From the NCBI GenBank assembly GCA_040768745.1, contig JAXGMI010000001.1, forward strand, positions 1,280,001-1,344,000: a DNA stretch of 64,000 nt. The letters run 5' to 3'. This DNA is from Desulfomicrobium sp. GTDB taxonomy: Bacteria > Desulfobacterota > Desulfovibrionia > Desulfovibrionales > Desulfomicrobiaceae. This document shows, in pieces, positions 20,203 to 30,055 of this stretch. Numbering within the stretch: the first letter of the stretch is position 1; every line of letters begins with the position of its first letter. The notes under the pieces are model-generated. The model ran no database searches, had not been told where the DNA came from, and worked only from the letters and a program-made list of their open reading frames with translations. A program made the position numbers and the translations under genes.

Positions 20203-21510
20203 TTAGGCGTCAGCTGGGCCTTTCTTGGCGAATTTGTAGAGCAGGTAGATGTCCACGGCACCAAGCAGGGCGTAGAGCAGGGTCAAAGCCACCAGGGAGA
20301 AGGCCACCTGGGAGGTGACAATAGGTGAAACGGCATCGGCCGTTTTCATCATCCCGTACACGATCCAGGGTTGCCGACCTACTTCGGCCACGACCCAGCC
20401 CGCCTCGATGGCGATATATGGGAGCGGAATGGCGTAGAGCATCGCCTTCAGGAGTTTCGGGGTTTCGGTCAGCTTGTTGCGGCGCAGGAAGGCCCAGATG
20501 CAGAGAATGGGCATAATCGTGCCAATTCCGACCATGGTCCGGAAGGACAAAAAGGTCAGCAGCACGGGCGGACGTTCCTCGGCTGGCCAGTCCTTGAGCC
20601 CCTGCACAGGCGCGCTGAAGGAGTTATGGGCCAGGAAGGACAGACCGCCGGGGATGCCGAAAAGTTCGATGGAGTTTCTTTCATTCTTTTCGTCAGGAAC
20701 CACGAACAGGTACATGGGCGCACCATCCTCGCGGGTGTCCCACAGGGATTCCATGGCCGCCAGCTTGGCCGGCTGGATCCTGGTCACCTCCTGGGCATGG
20801 TGGTGTCCTTGACCGGCGACCACAATGGAGAAGACCAGGGCGAAGACCATGCCCATCTTGAACGAGCGGGTGAAGAAGTCGATATTCTGCTTCTTGAGCA
20901 GGTGGTACGACGACACGCCCATGATGAAGAAGCCGGCCAGGGTAAAGGCGCCGCTCAGGGTGTGCACGTATTGCTGCCAGGCGAAGCCGTTGAAGACCAC
21001 GGCAAAGAAGTCCTCCAGTTCGGCCCGGCCATTGCGGATGACGTATCCCACCGGGTGCTGCATGAATGCGTTGGCGATGAGGATCCACAGGGCGGAAAGG
21101 TTGGAGGCGATGGCCACCAGCCAGATGCAGGCTGCGTGCATCCAGGGGGAGAGCACGTTCCAGCCGAAAATCCAGGCACCCAGGAAAGTGGATTCCAAGA
21201 AGAAGGCCACGGTAGCCTCAATGGCCAACAACGAGCCGAAGATGTCACCGACGTATTCGGAATAGCGGGACCAGTTGGTCCCGAACTGGAATTCCAGGGT
21301 GATGCCGGTGACCACGCCCAGCACAAAATTGATGACAAAAAGTTTGCCCCAGAATTTGGTCATTCTCTTGTACATCTCGTCGCCGGTCCGCACATACTTG
21401 GTTTCCATGACGGCCACCAGGATGGACAGGCCCAGGGTCAGGGGGACGAAGATGAAATGAAACATGGTAGCCATGGCAAACTGGAGCCTGGATAACATGA
21501 GCACATCCAT
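20203..21510 (-). CDS. cydA: Cytochrome bd oxidase subunit I
   Basis: Motifs LSRLQFA...FHFIF, EFQFGTNW, QPAKLAAME and EVGRQPW. Confidence 0.97.
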   Translation of the reverse strand: MDVLMLSRLQFAMATMFHFIFVPLTLGLSILVAVMETKYVRTGDEMYKRMTKFWGKLFVINFVLGVVTGITLEFQFGTNWSRYSEYVGDIFGSLLAIEATVAFFLESTFLGAWIFGWNVLSPWMHAACIWLVAIASNLSALWILIANAFMQHPVGYVIRNGRAELEDFFAVVFNGFAWQQYVHTLSGAFTLAGFFIMGVSSYHLLKKQNIDFFTRSFKMGMVFALVFSIVVAGQGHHHAQEVTRIQPAKLAAMESLWDTREDGAPMYLFVVPDEKNERNSIELFGIPGGLSFLAHNSFSAPVQGLKDWPAEERPPVLLTFLSFRTMVGIGTIMPILCIWAFLRRNKLTETPKLLKAMLYAIPLPYIAIEAGWVVAEVGRQPWIVYGMMKTADAVSPIVTSQVAFSLVALTLLYALLGAVDIYLLYKFAKKGPADA

Positions 21511-21521
21511 AGGTTTCTCCT

Positions 21522-22229
21522 TCAGTCGTTTGCGGGTGCTTGGCCCGTAATCCGGGATATGGCCTCGTCGGCCAGGGTTGCGGGGGTGAGTTCCAGAACC
21601 TGCCTGTCACGGTACAGCTCCAGGGGCGTGGCGTCGTTGCGGAACTCCTCCAGGTGGGGCAGGGAGGATTTGAGGCCGAGCATCCCGCAGGCCCAGGCAG
21701 AGAATCCGCGGATGACCGGGTCACAATCGTTCAGAGCGCAGAGCAGATCAGCTTCTGCCTTGGCAGCCAGATCCGGGCGGATCTGGGCCAAACGCCCCAC
21801 CCCCCAAATCGCCCCCCGGCGCAGGGGGGCGTGTTCGAGATAGCAGTCGGGGCGGCAATGATCCTCGTGGATATAGGCCAACAGGTGATTGTGGAACTCC
21901 GTGGCCATGAGGGGGCTTTGGCAGACAATCTCGGCCATGGCTTCGGGTGCGCCCCACCCGATACCTCCGGATTCGTCATTGAGGCTCCAGATGAAACGGC
22001 GCATGACGATACGCGCTTTTTCCGGTGTCGTGGCGGCCATGGCGCTGACCACGACGCCAAAGGCGGTGACCGCATGCCAGCGCACCAGGGATGATGCATT
22101 GCACAGGGCGGAAAAGAGCGGGGCCACGGCCTGCTGGCCAAGGCCGGCCAGCCGGGGCAGTTCCTCTTCCCATCCCTCGTCAGCCAGGATGGAGAGGATG
22201 CGCCGCTTGAGTTCCCTGCCGCCCTTCAT
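21522..22229 (-). CDS. HEAT-repeat protein (DVU0298-like)
   Basis: Motifs RIVMRRFIWSLNDESGGIGWGAPEAMAEI and RRGAIWGVGRL. Confidence 0.75.
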   Translation of the reverse strand: MKGGRELKRRILSILADEGWEEELPRLAGLGQQAVAPLFSALCNASSLVRWHAVTAFGVVVSAMAATTPEKARIVMRRFIWSLNDESGGIGWGAPEAMAEIVCQSPLMATEFHNHLLAYIHEDHCRPDCYLEHAPLRRGAIWGVGRLAQIRPDLAAKAEADLLCALNDCDPVIRGFSAWACGMLGLKSSLPHLEEFRNDATPLELYRDRQVLELTPATLADEAISRITGQAPAND

Positions 22230-22237
22230 GTGCAATC

Positions 22238-23446
22238 TCAGGCGTCGGCAGCCACTTTGGCCTTGATGGCCATAGCCACCTGACGGCCAAGGTCCTTGCA
22301 TTCTGCCAACTTGGCGTGGTCTGGCACGTTCTTGGACTTTACTCCCGGCTCGATAACCTCGATTTTGGCCGACTTGAGCCAGTCGTTCAGGATGTTGAGC
22401 GATTCTCCGCTCCAGCCAAAGGAGGCGAAGGCCGCACCGACTCGTCCCACTGGCCGCAACCCTTTCATGTAGGTCAGGAAATCGGCCACCAGGGGCAGGA
22501 TGCCGTTATTGTGGGTCGGCGAGCCGCAGATGATGCCCGTGGCATCGGCCAGTTCGCCCATGACGTCGCTGTGGTGGTACTGCTTGAGGTGCATGATCTT
22601 CACGGCGACCCCTTCCTCCATGAGACCCTCGGCAATGGCCTTGGCCATCTTTTCCGTGGAGTGCCACATGGTGTCGTAGACGATAACCGCCTTGGCATTG
22701 GGTTTCTGTGTGGCATAGTCACGATAGGCCTGCAGGATGAGCGGCACGTTGGAGCGCCAGATGATGCCGTGATCCGGGGCGATCATGTCGATCTGAAGGC
22801 CGAGCTTCTCGACCTCGTCGAGGACAGCAGTGACCCGCTGGGAATAGGGCAGCACGATGTTGTGGTAGTAGTGGGAGCTGGCGGCCATGAGCATGGCCAG
22901 ATCGATCTCGTCGTCAAAGCGCTCGCTGGAGGCGATGTTCTGGCCAAAGGCATCGTTGGAGATGAGAAGCCTGTCCTCGGGGATGTACGAGAACATGGAG
23001 TCCGGCCAGTGCAGCATCCGCGTTTCCAGAAACTGCACCGTGCGCTTGCCCAGGCTTATGGAGTCCCCCGTCTGGACCGGGTGATACGGCCAGTCGGGCT
23101 GGTGGAAATGGTCCAGGAGCATGCGGTGCCCCATCTTGGAGCAGAAGACCTTCTCCGGGCGGATCTTTTCCATCAGAAACGGCATGGCCCCGGCATGGTC
23201 CGGTTCGATGTGGTTGCAGACAATGTAGTCGATCTTTTCCAGCGGGATGATGGACCTGACCTGGTGGTAGAGGTCCATCTGGAATTTGGCCGGTACCGAG
23301 TCGAACAGGGTGATCTTGTCGTCAATGACGAGATAGGCGTTGTAGGTCGTGCCTTGGGGGGACTTGGAATATCCGTGGAAGTCGTGGATGTTCCAGTCCA
23401 CAATTCCGACCCAGTAGATGTCTTTCTTGATTTCGGTGACAGGCAT
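22238..23446 (-). CDS. roo: Flavodiiron protein (FprA type), rubredoxin:oxygen oxidoreductase
   Basis: Motifs GTTYNAYL, HIEPDHAG, HWPDSM, NDAFG, APDHG and GSPT...FGWSGE. Confidence 0.93.
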   Translation of the reverse strand: MPVTEIKKDIYWVGIVDWNIHDFHGYSKSPQGTTYNAYLVIDDKITLFDSVPAKFQMDLYHQVRSIIPLEKIDYIVCNHIEPDHAGAMPFLMEKIRPEKVFCSKMGHRMLLDHFHQPDWPYHPVQTGDSISLGKRTVQFLETRMLHWPDSMFSYIPEDRLLISNDAFGQNIASSERFDDEIDLAMLMAASSHYYHNIVLPYSQRVTAVLDEVEKLGLQIDMIAPDHGIIWRSNVPLILQAYRDYATQKPNAKAVIVYDTMWHSTEKMAKAIAEGLMEEGVAVKIMHLKQYHHSDVMGELADATGIICGSPTHNNGILPLVADFLTYMKGLRPVGRVGAAFASFGWSGESLNILNDWLKSAKIEVIEPGVKSKNVPDHAKLAECKDLGRQVAMAIKAKVAADA

Positions 23447-23541
23447 GGTGCGTGGTCCTTCAATGTGATGCCCCCTCCGGGGTGGAGGGGGATGTTGCGT
23501 TCAATCTCTTCCAGCCGTTCATCCCGGCTGGACAGGGAAGA

Positions 23542-23703
23542 TCAGTTCTCCTTGGCGAAATCGGCCTTGCCAGCCCCGCAGACCGGGCAGGACCAATCGT
23601 CGGGGATGTCCTCGAATTTCGTTCCAGGTGCGATCCCGCCATCCGGATCGCCTACCGCCGGATCGTACACATAGCCGCAGAGAGTGCATACATATTTGTC
23701 CAT
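23542..23703 (-). CDS. rub: Rubredoxin (53 aa; not in the ORF track)
   Basis: Hand translation [53 protein letters not shown]. Confidence 0.97.
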   Translation of the reverse strand: MDKYVCTLCGYVYDPAVGDPDGGIAPGTKFEDIPDDWSCPVCGAGKADFAKEN

Positions 23704-23716
23704 GGCGTGAGTCTCC

Positions 23717-24097
23717 TCAGTTTTGGTTTTTCCATTGTCCGTGCAGATTGCAATATTCCCTGGCAGTGACCTTCTCGGCCTGGATGCAAAATTCCGCTTC
23801 CGGTGCCTGGCCGGGGTTCAGGTACTGCCGATAGACCTTGCCGTCGGCGACGAGTTCGATCCATTCGATATAGTGGGCATCCAGCATGGGATGGGGCACA
23901 TCGCCGACCACTACCTTGTAGCCTGTCGCCGTCTTATGGATGACCGGGACATGTTTTTCCCTGGCTGCGTCCACGGTTCCCTCGGCCTGGAGCTGCATGT
24001 CTTCCCCGCAACAAACCAGGGTGCCACCTCCACCGTGGAGAACTTCGACGATATTGCCGCAAAGGGCGCATTTGTACACTTCAAGCCGTTGAGCCAT
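23717..24097 (-). CDS. rbo: Desulfoferrodoxin (2Fe superoxide reductase)
   Basis: Motifs [10 protein letters not shown]...CCG, EKHVP, HPM...HYIEWI and CNLHG. Confidence 0.96.
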   Translation of the reverse strand: MAQRLEVYKCALCGNIVEVLHGGGGTLVCCGEDMQLQAEGTVDAAREKHVPVIHKTATGYKVVVGDVPHPMLDAHYIEWIELVADGKVYRQYLNPGQAPEAEFCIQAEKVTAREYCNLHGQWKNQN

Positions 24098-24210
24098 TGT
24101 TCACTCCTTGAACGTTTTGCTGATGAATTTCCAGTCGACAGATAACAGGGAACGGCGCGCTGTTCCAGTCATTATTCGACTGGCCGCAGGCGCATTCCCG
24201 TGCGATGGGC

Positions 24211-24624
24211 TTACTGTTCAGGTTGCTGGCGGGCCTGGCAGTGGGGACAGATGCCCGAAAATTCCAGGATAAAACCCGTGACCTGGAAATCGGAGTGCAG
24301 TCCCTTCTCGATGCCGGAAATATCCGGCGCGTCGTAAATGTCTCCGACCTTGCCGCAGACTTCGCACCGGATGTGATGGTGGGGTGAGGTGTCCCCGTCA
24401 AACCGCTTCTGCCCGGCCGCGTTCTCCAGTTTGCGGACCAGCCCCAGGGAACTCAGAACCTCGAGATTGCGATACACAGTGCCCAGGCTGATGCGCGGCA
24501 TTTTCTGCCGGACCAAGCCGTAGACTTCGTCGGCAGTCGGATGGGTGCTGACGGACTGGAGTTCCTCCAGGATGATTCTGCGCTGGTTGGTGAGGCGCAT
24601 GTCTTTGCCCAAAAATTCTTTCAT
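24211..24624 (-). CDS. perR: Fur-family repressor, probably PerR
   Basis: Motifs RLTNQR, HPTADEVY, SLGTVYRNL, HHHIRCEVC and CPHC. Heads the oxidative-stress genes. Confidence 0.8.
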   Translation of the reverse strand: MKEFLGKDMRLTNQRRIILEELQSVSTHPTADEVYGLVRQKMPRISLGTVYRNLEVLSSLGLVRKLENAAGQKRFDGDTSPHHHIRCEVCGKVGDIYDAPDISGIEKGLHSDFQVTGFILEFSGICPHCQARQQPEQ

Positions 24625-24643
24625 GATCGTGTCCTCGTCAAAA

Positions 24644-24662
24644 TTTGATAACCATTACTAAT
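24644..24662. promoter_or_regulatory. Fur/PerR-like operator
   Basis: 19-bp imperfect palindrome TTTGATAACCATTACTAAT, about 20 nt upstream of the regulator ATG. Confidence 0.55.
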
Positions 24663-24679
24663 TGAGCAAAGCACAAAGG

Positions 24680-25711
24680 TCAAGAAAAAGAAGTCGTTCT
24701 GGACGATTCCGGAAGGGCACTGACCAAGTCGATCAATTTGGCAGGGGATATTTCAGCCATGCATGCGTTGTCGAGGGGGCAGACATTCTGGCCGTGCAGG
24801 GAACATGGAGCCTTGGGGCAGGGGCTTTGGTACACGATGTCCGCCGGCCCGGTGGGAAAAAAACCCCATTCCTGGGTGGTCGGACCGAACAGGGCCACGA
24901 CAGGGGTGCCCACGGCCGCGGCCAGGTGCATGGGGCCCGAATCCCCGGTGATCAGACCGCGACAGAGGGACAGCAGGGCCGATGTGGTCCGCAGGTCCGT
25001 GGAGTTGGTCAGATCCAGGGGCCAATCAGGGAGAAGGGGGATTGGGTTGCGACCCAGAACGATGATTTCATGCCCCATGTCCGCCAGGGTCCGGATCATG
25101 TTCGTCCAGACCTGTGGGCGAGGGGTCTTGGCCGGATGGGTGGCGTAGGGGTGAATGGCGATGGGGTCTTGCAGACCAAGGGCGTTCAGCCGCAAACGGG
25201 CCTGGATGATTTCGTTCTCGCGCAGGACAATCTGAGGTCGCAAGGCGCTCTTTTCCGGAGCGTCGTTCTGCAGGGCCAGGCTGTAGCGCTGTGGCACATT
25301 GTAGCGGTTCAGGCGCCTGGAAAAAAAAGGATGGTGCGTGGCCAGGAAAAGTCGTCTGCTGAAGGAGAATTTGGGGTAGGCGCGGGTTGGGCCGGGCCAG
25401 AGCAGGCGCAGGGCTCTCGTGCGCAGGGTGCCGTGCAGGTCGATGAACGGCATGCGTCCGTATGCCGTGGCCAGAGACCTGCAGAGCCGGATCCAGGCCA
25501 GCCCGCGAAGGTCTTTTTCCTCGACGGTGATGACGCTGCGGACCGCCGGGTGGTTGTCGAAGACCGGGGCCAAGGCCGGTCTGGTCAGGATATGGAAACT
25601 CAGACCGAAATGATCCTGCCAGTGGCGGAGCACACCGGTGGTCAGGATGGCGTCTCCCAGGGCGCTCAGGCGAATGGTCAGACATTCCTGGTTGGCGAGG
25701 GTTGCGGGCAC
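24680..25711 (-). CDS. GT9 glycosyltransferase (LPS heptosyltransferase-like)
   Basis: Motifs IRLSALGDAIL and GDSGPMHLAAAVGTPVVALFGPT. Confidence 0.9.
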   Translation of the reverse strand: MPATLANQECLTIRLSALGDAILTTGVLRHWQDHFGLSFHILTRPALAPVFDNHPAVRSVITVEEKDLRGLAWIRLCRSLATAYGRMPFIDLHGTLRTRALRLLWPGPTRAYPKFSFSRRLFLATHHPFFSRRLNRYNVPQRYSLALQNDAPEKSALRPQIVLRENEIIQARLRLNALGLQDPIAIHPYATHPAKTPRPQVWTNMIRTLADMGHEIIVLGRNPIPLLPDWPLDLTNSTDLRTTSALLSLCRGLITGDSGPMHLAAAVGTPVVALFGPTTQEWGFFPTGPADIVYQSPCPKAPCSLHGQNVCPLDNACMAEISPAKLIDLVSALPESSRTTSFS

Positions 25712-25720
25712 GAATGCTCC

Positions 25721-26857
25721 TTATCTTGAAGGGCCCAGCTCGGCATAGACGTCCATGAGTCGGGCCGAAGTGCGGGATGGCTGAAATTTTTCCGCCTGGG
25801 CCAGTCCGCGGGCGATCATTGACTGGCGCAGGGATTGGTCGCCCATGACCCGATCGATGGTCTTGGCCAGCTCGGTCACATCGCCTGGAGTGGTGTACAG
25901 GGCAGCGTCGCCTCCTGGTTCGGTGAAGCATGATCCGGTGGAGGTGATGACCGGGACCCGGCTGTGCAGGGCTTCCAGGATGGGGATGCCGAACCCTTCG
26001 CCCACGGACGGATACACAAAGACCGTGGCCATCCGGTACAAGGCGGCGAGGGCCTCGTCCTGAACGCGTCCCGCAAAGCGAGTCCAGGCTTCAAGGCCAA
26101 GAGCTCTGACCTGCGCCCGCAGGGATTCTTCCAGAGGCCCCGTGCCGACGATGACAAGCCCTGGACGGCTGGAGGCCGGGATCTCAGCCAGGGCGGCGAC
26201 CAGGGTCTGGACACCCTTGCGGGCAACGAGGGAGCCGACGAACAGGACATAGTCCCCTGGCAATGCATGGGTCCGGCGCACACGATCCAACTCGGCCCTG
26301 TCAATGGGTCGCGAGAAGATCTCCGCGCAACTCTGGTATGCCACCCGGATGCGCTCCCAGGGGATGCCGAAAAGGTTGTGCACATCCTCGGCGGTTTTCT
26401 GGCTGATGGCCACGACGAGATCGGCCCTTTGGCAGCTGACTTTGTATTTGAGGGCATAGATGTGGCGGTCCAGCCAGGGATAGAGATGCGGGTGCGTCAG
26501 GAAGAGCAGGTCGTGCATGCTGACCACGGTCCTGGTGCGTCGGGCAAAACGGGTCAGGGGCAGTTCGTGGGACAGACCATGGAATATGTCGAGGCTGTCC
26601 GCCTCTGCGGCCCGGGGAATACCGAAGGTCCTCCACAGGGCTGGCACGACGCGTCCCAGAGGGCATGCTTCATGCACAACGAGGTCTGCCTTGGCGGAAA
26701 TTGTGCAGGATCCTTCGCTCCCACGCGCGTTGTAGAGGATGTAACGGTGCTGCGGATAATGGAGGGCCAGCCCGAGGACGGTGCTGCGTGCGTAGTTGCC
26801 AAGGCCCGTGGGGTTGTGGAAGAAGCGCTTGGCGTCAAATCCGATGTGCATGCACAT
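25721..26857 (-). CDS. GT4 glycosyltransferase
   Basis: Motifs TGLGNY, VGSLVARKG and YPSVGEGFGIPILEAL. Confidence 0.9.
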   Translation of the reverse strand: MCMHIGFDAKRFFHNPTGLGNYARSTVLGLALHYPQHRYILYNARGSEGSCTISAKADLVVHEACPLGRVVPALWRTFGIPRAAEADSLDIFHGLSHELPLTRFARRTRTVVSMHDLLFLTHPHLYPWLDRHIYALKYKVSCQRADLVVAISQKTAEDVHNLFGIPWERIRVAYQSCAEIFSRPIDRAELDRVRRTHALPGDYVLFVGSLVARKGVQTLVAALAEIPASSRPGLVIVGTGPLEESLRAQVRALGLEAWTRFAGRVQDEALAALYRMATVFVYPSVGEGFGIPILEALHSRVPVITSTGSCFTEPGGDAALYTTPGDVTELAKTIDRVMGDQSLRQSMIARGLAQAEKFQPSRTSARLMDVYAELGPSR

Positions 26858-27449
26858 GTTCCTTTCGTTGCACAAGAAGGGTCAGATAGGCGGCCAGGTC
26901 ACTGGCCTGCCAGGCCGGCCAGCCTGGGCGGGCGGGACAGCGCTGGACCTCCCCGTCCAGGGGAGGCAGGCCCAAGGCCAGCGCCTCCTTTGGCCCATAC
27001 CCTGTCATGACCAGGACCGTTTCGGCGCAGCCGATGGCATGTCCGAAGCGGATGTCGGCGACCTTGTCCCCGACCATGACGGTGCTTTCCCCGCGCAGGT
27101 TGTGTGCCTGGACCAGCCTGCGCCACAGGCCCGGGCGGGGCTTGCGGCAGTCGCAGTCCGCCTCAGGTCCGTGGGGGCAAAAAACACTGTCCTGCAGGGA
27201 CAGGCCCTCCGCCTGAAGCAATTCCTGCAGGCGGGCGTGGACGCTGCGATACTCCTCCAGGGTGAGGAGGCCTCGGCCAATCCCGCTCTGGTTGCTGACC
27301 AGGAAAAAGCGGCAGCCGAGGTGTGCAAGGCGGCGCCAGGGGGCCGCGATGCGGGTCGCGAGGCAGACCTGGTCCGGGTCGCGAAGATAGTGCCGTTCCT
27401 CGATGAGGGTCCCGTCTCGGTCCAGCAGGATGGTGTCGATGTCCTTCAT
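26835..27449 (-). CDS. gmhB: D,D-heptose 1,7-bisphosphate phosphatase
   Basis: Motifs LDRDGTL, VSNQSGIGRG, CPH...CDCRKP and MVGDK. Confidence 0.9.
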   Translation of the reverse strand: MKDIDTILLDRDGTLIEERHYLRDPDQVCLATRIAAPWRRLAHLGCRFFLVSNQSGIGRGLLTLEEYRSVHARLQELLQAEGLSLQDSVFCPHGPEADCDCRKPRPGLWRRLVQAHNLRGESTVMVGDKVADIRFGHAIGCAETVLVMTGYGPKEALALGLPPLDGEVQRCPARPGWPAWQASDLAAYLTLLVQRKEHVHAHRI

Positions 27450-27677
27450 GTCCGTGTTCCCAGCAGGAGGGGAAAGTGCTTTTTTGATCGGATAGGCGGC
27501 CCAGGTCAAGGCGGGAGTGGGCGGTGCAGGGATGCGGGAGGGATTATGCAAAATTTGCCTGACGAAATTGTTGACGAAACAGTTCAGGTTGTGGATATGC
27601 GCGAGCGGGCGCACGTCTCGGGGTGACAGGGGGTGGCGGTCCGTGCTAACATACGCCACGCAGAAAACGGAGAGTGC

Positions 27678-28121
27678 ATGACAAACGCAAAGAATCAGAA
27701 GTGGGTTTATTTGGCCGCTGTCCTTTTGGTCGGAGCCGGGGTGGGCTACCTTCTCTTCAGTGGCCTTTCCCAGAATTCCGTGTATTTCTTGAATGTTTCT
27801 GAAGCGCTGGCCATGCCGGCGGAAAAGCTTGCCCAGGCCCGTCTTTTTGGTTCCGTGGCCGGGGAGAATATCGTTCCGGATCCTGCATCCTTGGGTGTCT
27901 CCTTCACGGCTCAGGACAAGGACGATCCCGCCAAGACAATCCGGGTGCACTACCGCGGCGCTGTCCCTGACACGTTCAAGGCCGGCGTGGAGGTCATCGT
28001 GGAGGGGACGTTCAATCCCCAGACCCGGGAATTCGAGGCCTCCACGTTGCTGACCAAATGTCCGTCCAAATACGAAAAGAACGAAAAGGGCCAGATGCGT
28101 CCTCCAGGGTTCAATGGCTAG
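27678..28121 (+). CDS. ccmE: Heme chaperone CcmE, CxxxY type
   Basis: Motifs YRGAVPDTFK and LLTKCPSKY. Confidence 0.93.
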   Translation: MTNAKNQKWVYLAAVLLVGAGVGYLLFSGLSQNSVYFLNVSEALAMPAEKLAQARLFGSVAGENIVPDPASLGVSFTAQDKDDPAKTIRVHYRGAVPDTFKAGVEVIVEGTFNPQTREFEASTLLTKCPSKYEKNEKGQMRPPGFNG

Positions 28122-28171
28122 CCGGGCTTTTCCACCATCCAACCAGCATCCTCACAAGGACGTATCGTTCC

Positions 28172-30055
28172 ATGCATGCCATCTGTTTCACCGCTTTGCT
28201 GCTCAGCATGCTGACAGCGGTGGGCCTCGCCGCCCTGGCCGGCATAAAGGCCCTGAAGGATGATTTCGGCACCGTGCCCCTTTTGGAAAAAGGCCAGCTG
28301 GCCTTGACCGTTGTGGTGGTTGTCGTATCCGTTGTGCTCGTCCAGGCCCTGGCGGTCAGGGATTTTTCCTATGCCTATGTCCGGGACTACACCGACACGT
28401 TCCTGCCCCTCTTCTACGCCGTGACGGCCTTCTGGGCCGGCCAGAACGGGTCCTTCCTGTTCTGGTACCTCTGCGTGGCCGCCATGGGTTGGGTCATGAT
28501 CTTCACCCCGGGTTATTCCAGAATGGACGGCCGGACCAAGGTCTTTTTCTGGCTTTTTCTTTTTCTGGTCGAGATCTTTTTCCTTTACGCCCTGACAGGA
28601 CCAAGCAACCCATTCCTGAAGCTTGACCCTGTGCCCGACGAAGGACGGGGTCTCAACCCCCTGCTCCAGAATCCAGGCATGATCTTCCATCCTCCGCTGC
28701 TTTTCCTGGGTTACGCCGGGTACACAATCCCCTGCTGCCTGGCCCTGGCCTCCCGGCTGTCGGGCAATGGCAGGGAGTGGTTGGATTTATGCAGGAACTG
28801 GAACATTGTGGCCTGGATTTTTCTCACGGCAGGCATCATTCTCGGGGCCTGGTGGTCCTACATGGAACTGGGCTGGGGCGGATACTGGGCATGGGATCCG
28901 GTGGAGAACGCGTCCCTCATCCCCTGGCTGGCAGGGACCGCCTTCGTGCATACCTCCATTGTCGGTCGGACGCGCAAGACCCTGCTGCGGACCAACGTAT
29001 TCATGGCCTGTCTGACCCTGTGGCTCTGCTTCTTCGCGACCTTCGTGGTCCGCAGCGGGCTCATTGACTCCCTCCATGCCTTCGGGGGGAGCCGCATGGG
29101 CGTGCCCCTGCTGGTCTTCATGGTCGCAGGGTTTGTGCTGACCCTCTATGTCTGTCTGGTGCCCCGCAAGGATGACGCCTCCCATCTGGATGAGTTCATC
29201 AGCAGGCCAGGCATGCTTTTCCTGGCTTCCTGGCTTCTTCTCTGCCTGGGCGGCATCGTTTTGCTCGGCGTGATCTGGCCTGTGCTGAGCAGCCTGTGGA
29301 GCGCCAACCCGGTGGGACTGGACGCCGGCTTTTACAACCGGGTCTGCCTGCCCCTTTTCGCCTTTCTGGCCCTGATCATGGGCCTTTGTCCGTGGTTCGG
29401 CCAGAAAAGCGGCATCAACGACAAGCTCGGGCTCGGCATTGTCCTGGCCACAGGCATCGTATCCGCAGCGGCGGTCTATTCACTGGGCTATACCCAGCCA
29501 CTGGCGCTCCTGGCCACCGCATCGGGACTTATGATCGTGGTTTCCGTAGTTGCAACCTTCATCCGGACCAAGGGGTTGCGTTCTTTCCGGCCGGCATGGG
29601 GGGCGTACGGAGTGCACTTGGGCGTGGCCTTGATGGTCGTGGGTGTGGCCTTTTCCGGACCGTACAAGGTGGAGGGAGAGGCCTTGCTGACCAAAGGGCA
29701 GTCCATGAACGTCGGCGGGTATGTGGTGACCTTCCAGGACCTGCGGCATGATCACGACAATCCGGCCATGGACATGCACGAAGCGCTGCTGACCGTGACC
29801 AGGGATGGCCGCGACGTCGGGCAGCTCACTCCCCAGAAGCGGCTGTACCGCAACTTCGAGCAATCGTCTTTTGCCGAGGTTTCGGTCATCCCGTCCCTGG
29901 GCGAGGAGGTCTACGCCACCCTGCTTGGCTTCAACGAGACAGGGGCGGTCAGCCTGAAGGTCAGCATCAACCCGCTGGTGAACTGGATCTGGATCGGCGG
30001 GACGCTGTCCTGCCTCATCGCCTTCTTGTGCTGGAGAAAGATCGAGCCTCGATGA
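28172..30055 (+). CDS. ccmF: Cytochrome c heme lyase CcmF
   Basis: Motifs GLNPLLQ, HPP and WGGYWAWDPVENASL. Confidence 0.96.
   Translation: MHAICFTALLLSMLTAVGLAALAGIKALKDDFGTVPLLEKGQLALTVVVVVVSVVLVQALAVRDFSYAYVRDYTDTFLPLFYAVTAFWAGQNGSFLFWYLCVAAMGWVMIFTPGYSRMDGRTKVFFWLFLFLVEIFFLYALTGPSNPFLKLDPVPDEGRGLNPLLQNPGMIFHPPLLFLGYAGYTIPCCLALASRLSGNGREWLDLCRNWNIVAWIFLTAGIILGAWWSYMELGWGGYWAWDPVENASLIPWLAGTAFVHTSIVGRTRKTLLRTNVFMACLTLWLCFFATFVVRSGLIDSLHAFGGSRMGVPLLVFMVAGFVLTLYVCLVPRKDDASHLDEFISRPGMLFLASWLLLCLGGIVLLGVIWPVLSSLWSANPVGLDAGFYNRVCLPLFAFLALIMGLCPWFGQKSGINDKLGLGIVLATGIVSAAAVYSLGYTQPLALLATASGLMIVVSVVATFIRTKGLRSFRPAWGAYGVHLGVALMVVGVAFSGPYKVEGEALLTKGQSMNVGGYVVTFQDLRHDHDNPAMDMHEALLTVTRDGRDVGQLTPQKRLYRNFEQSSFAEVSVIPSLGEEVYATLLGFNETGAVSLKVSINPLVNWIWIGGTLSCLIAFLCWRKIEPR

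Noticed and set aside
25321..25328. A8 run in the GT9 gene, and G8 at 11764-11771, as slippage switches
   Set aside because: Short, in frame, and encoding ordinary residues.
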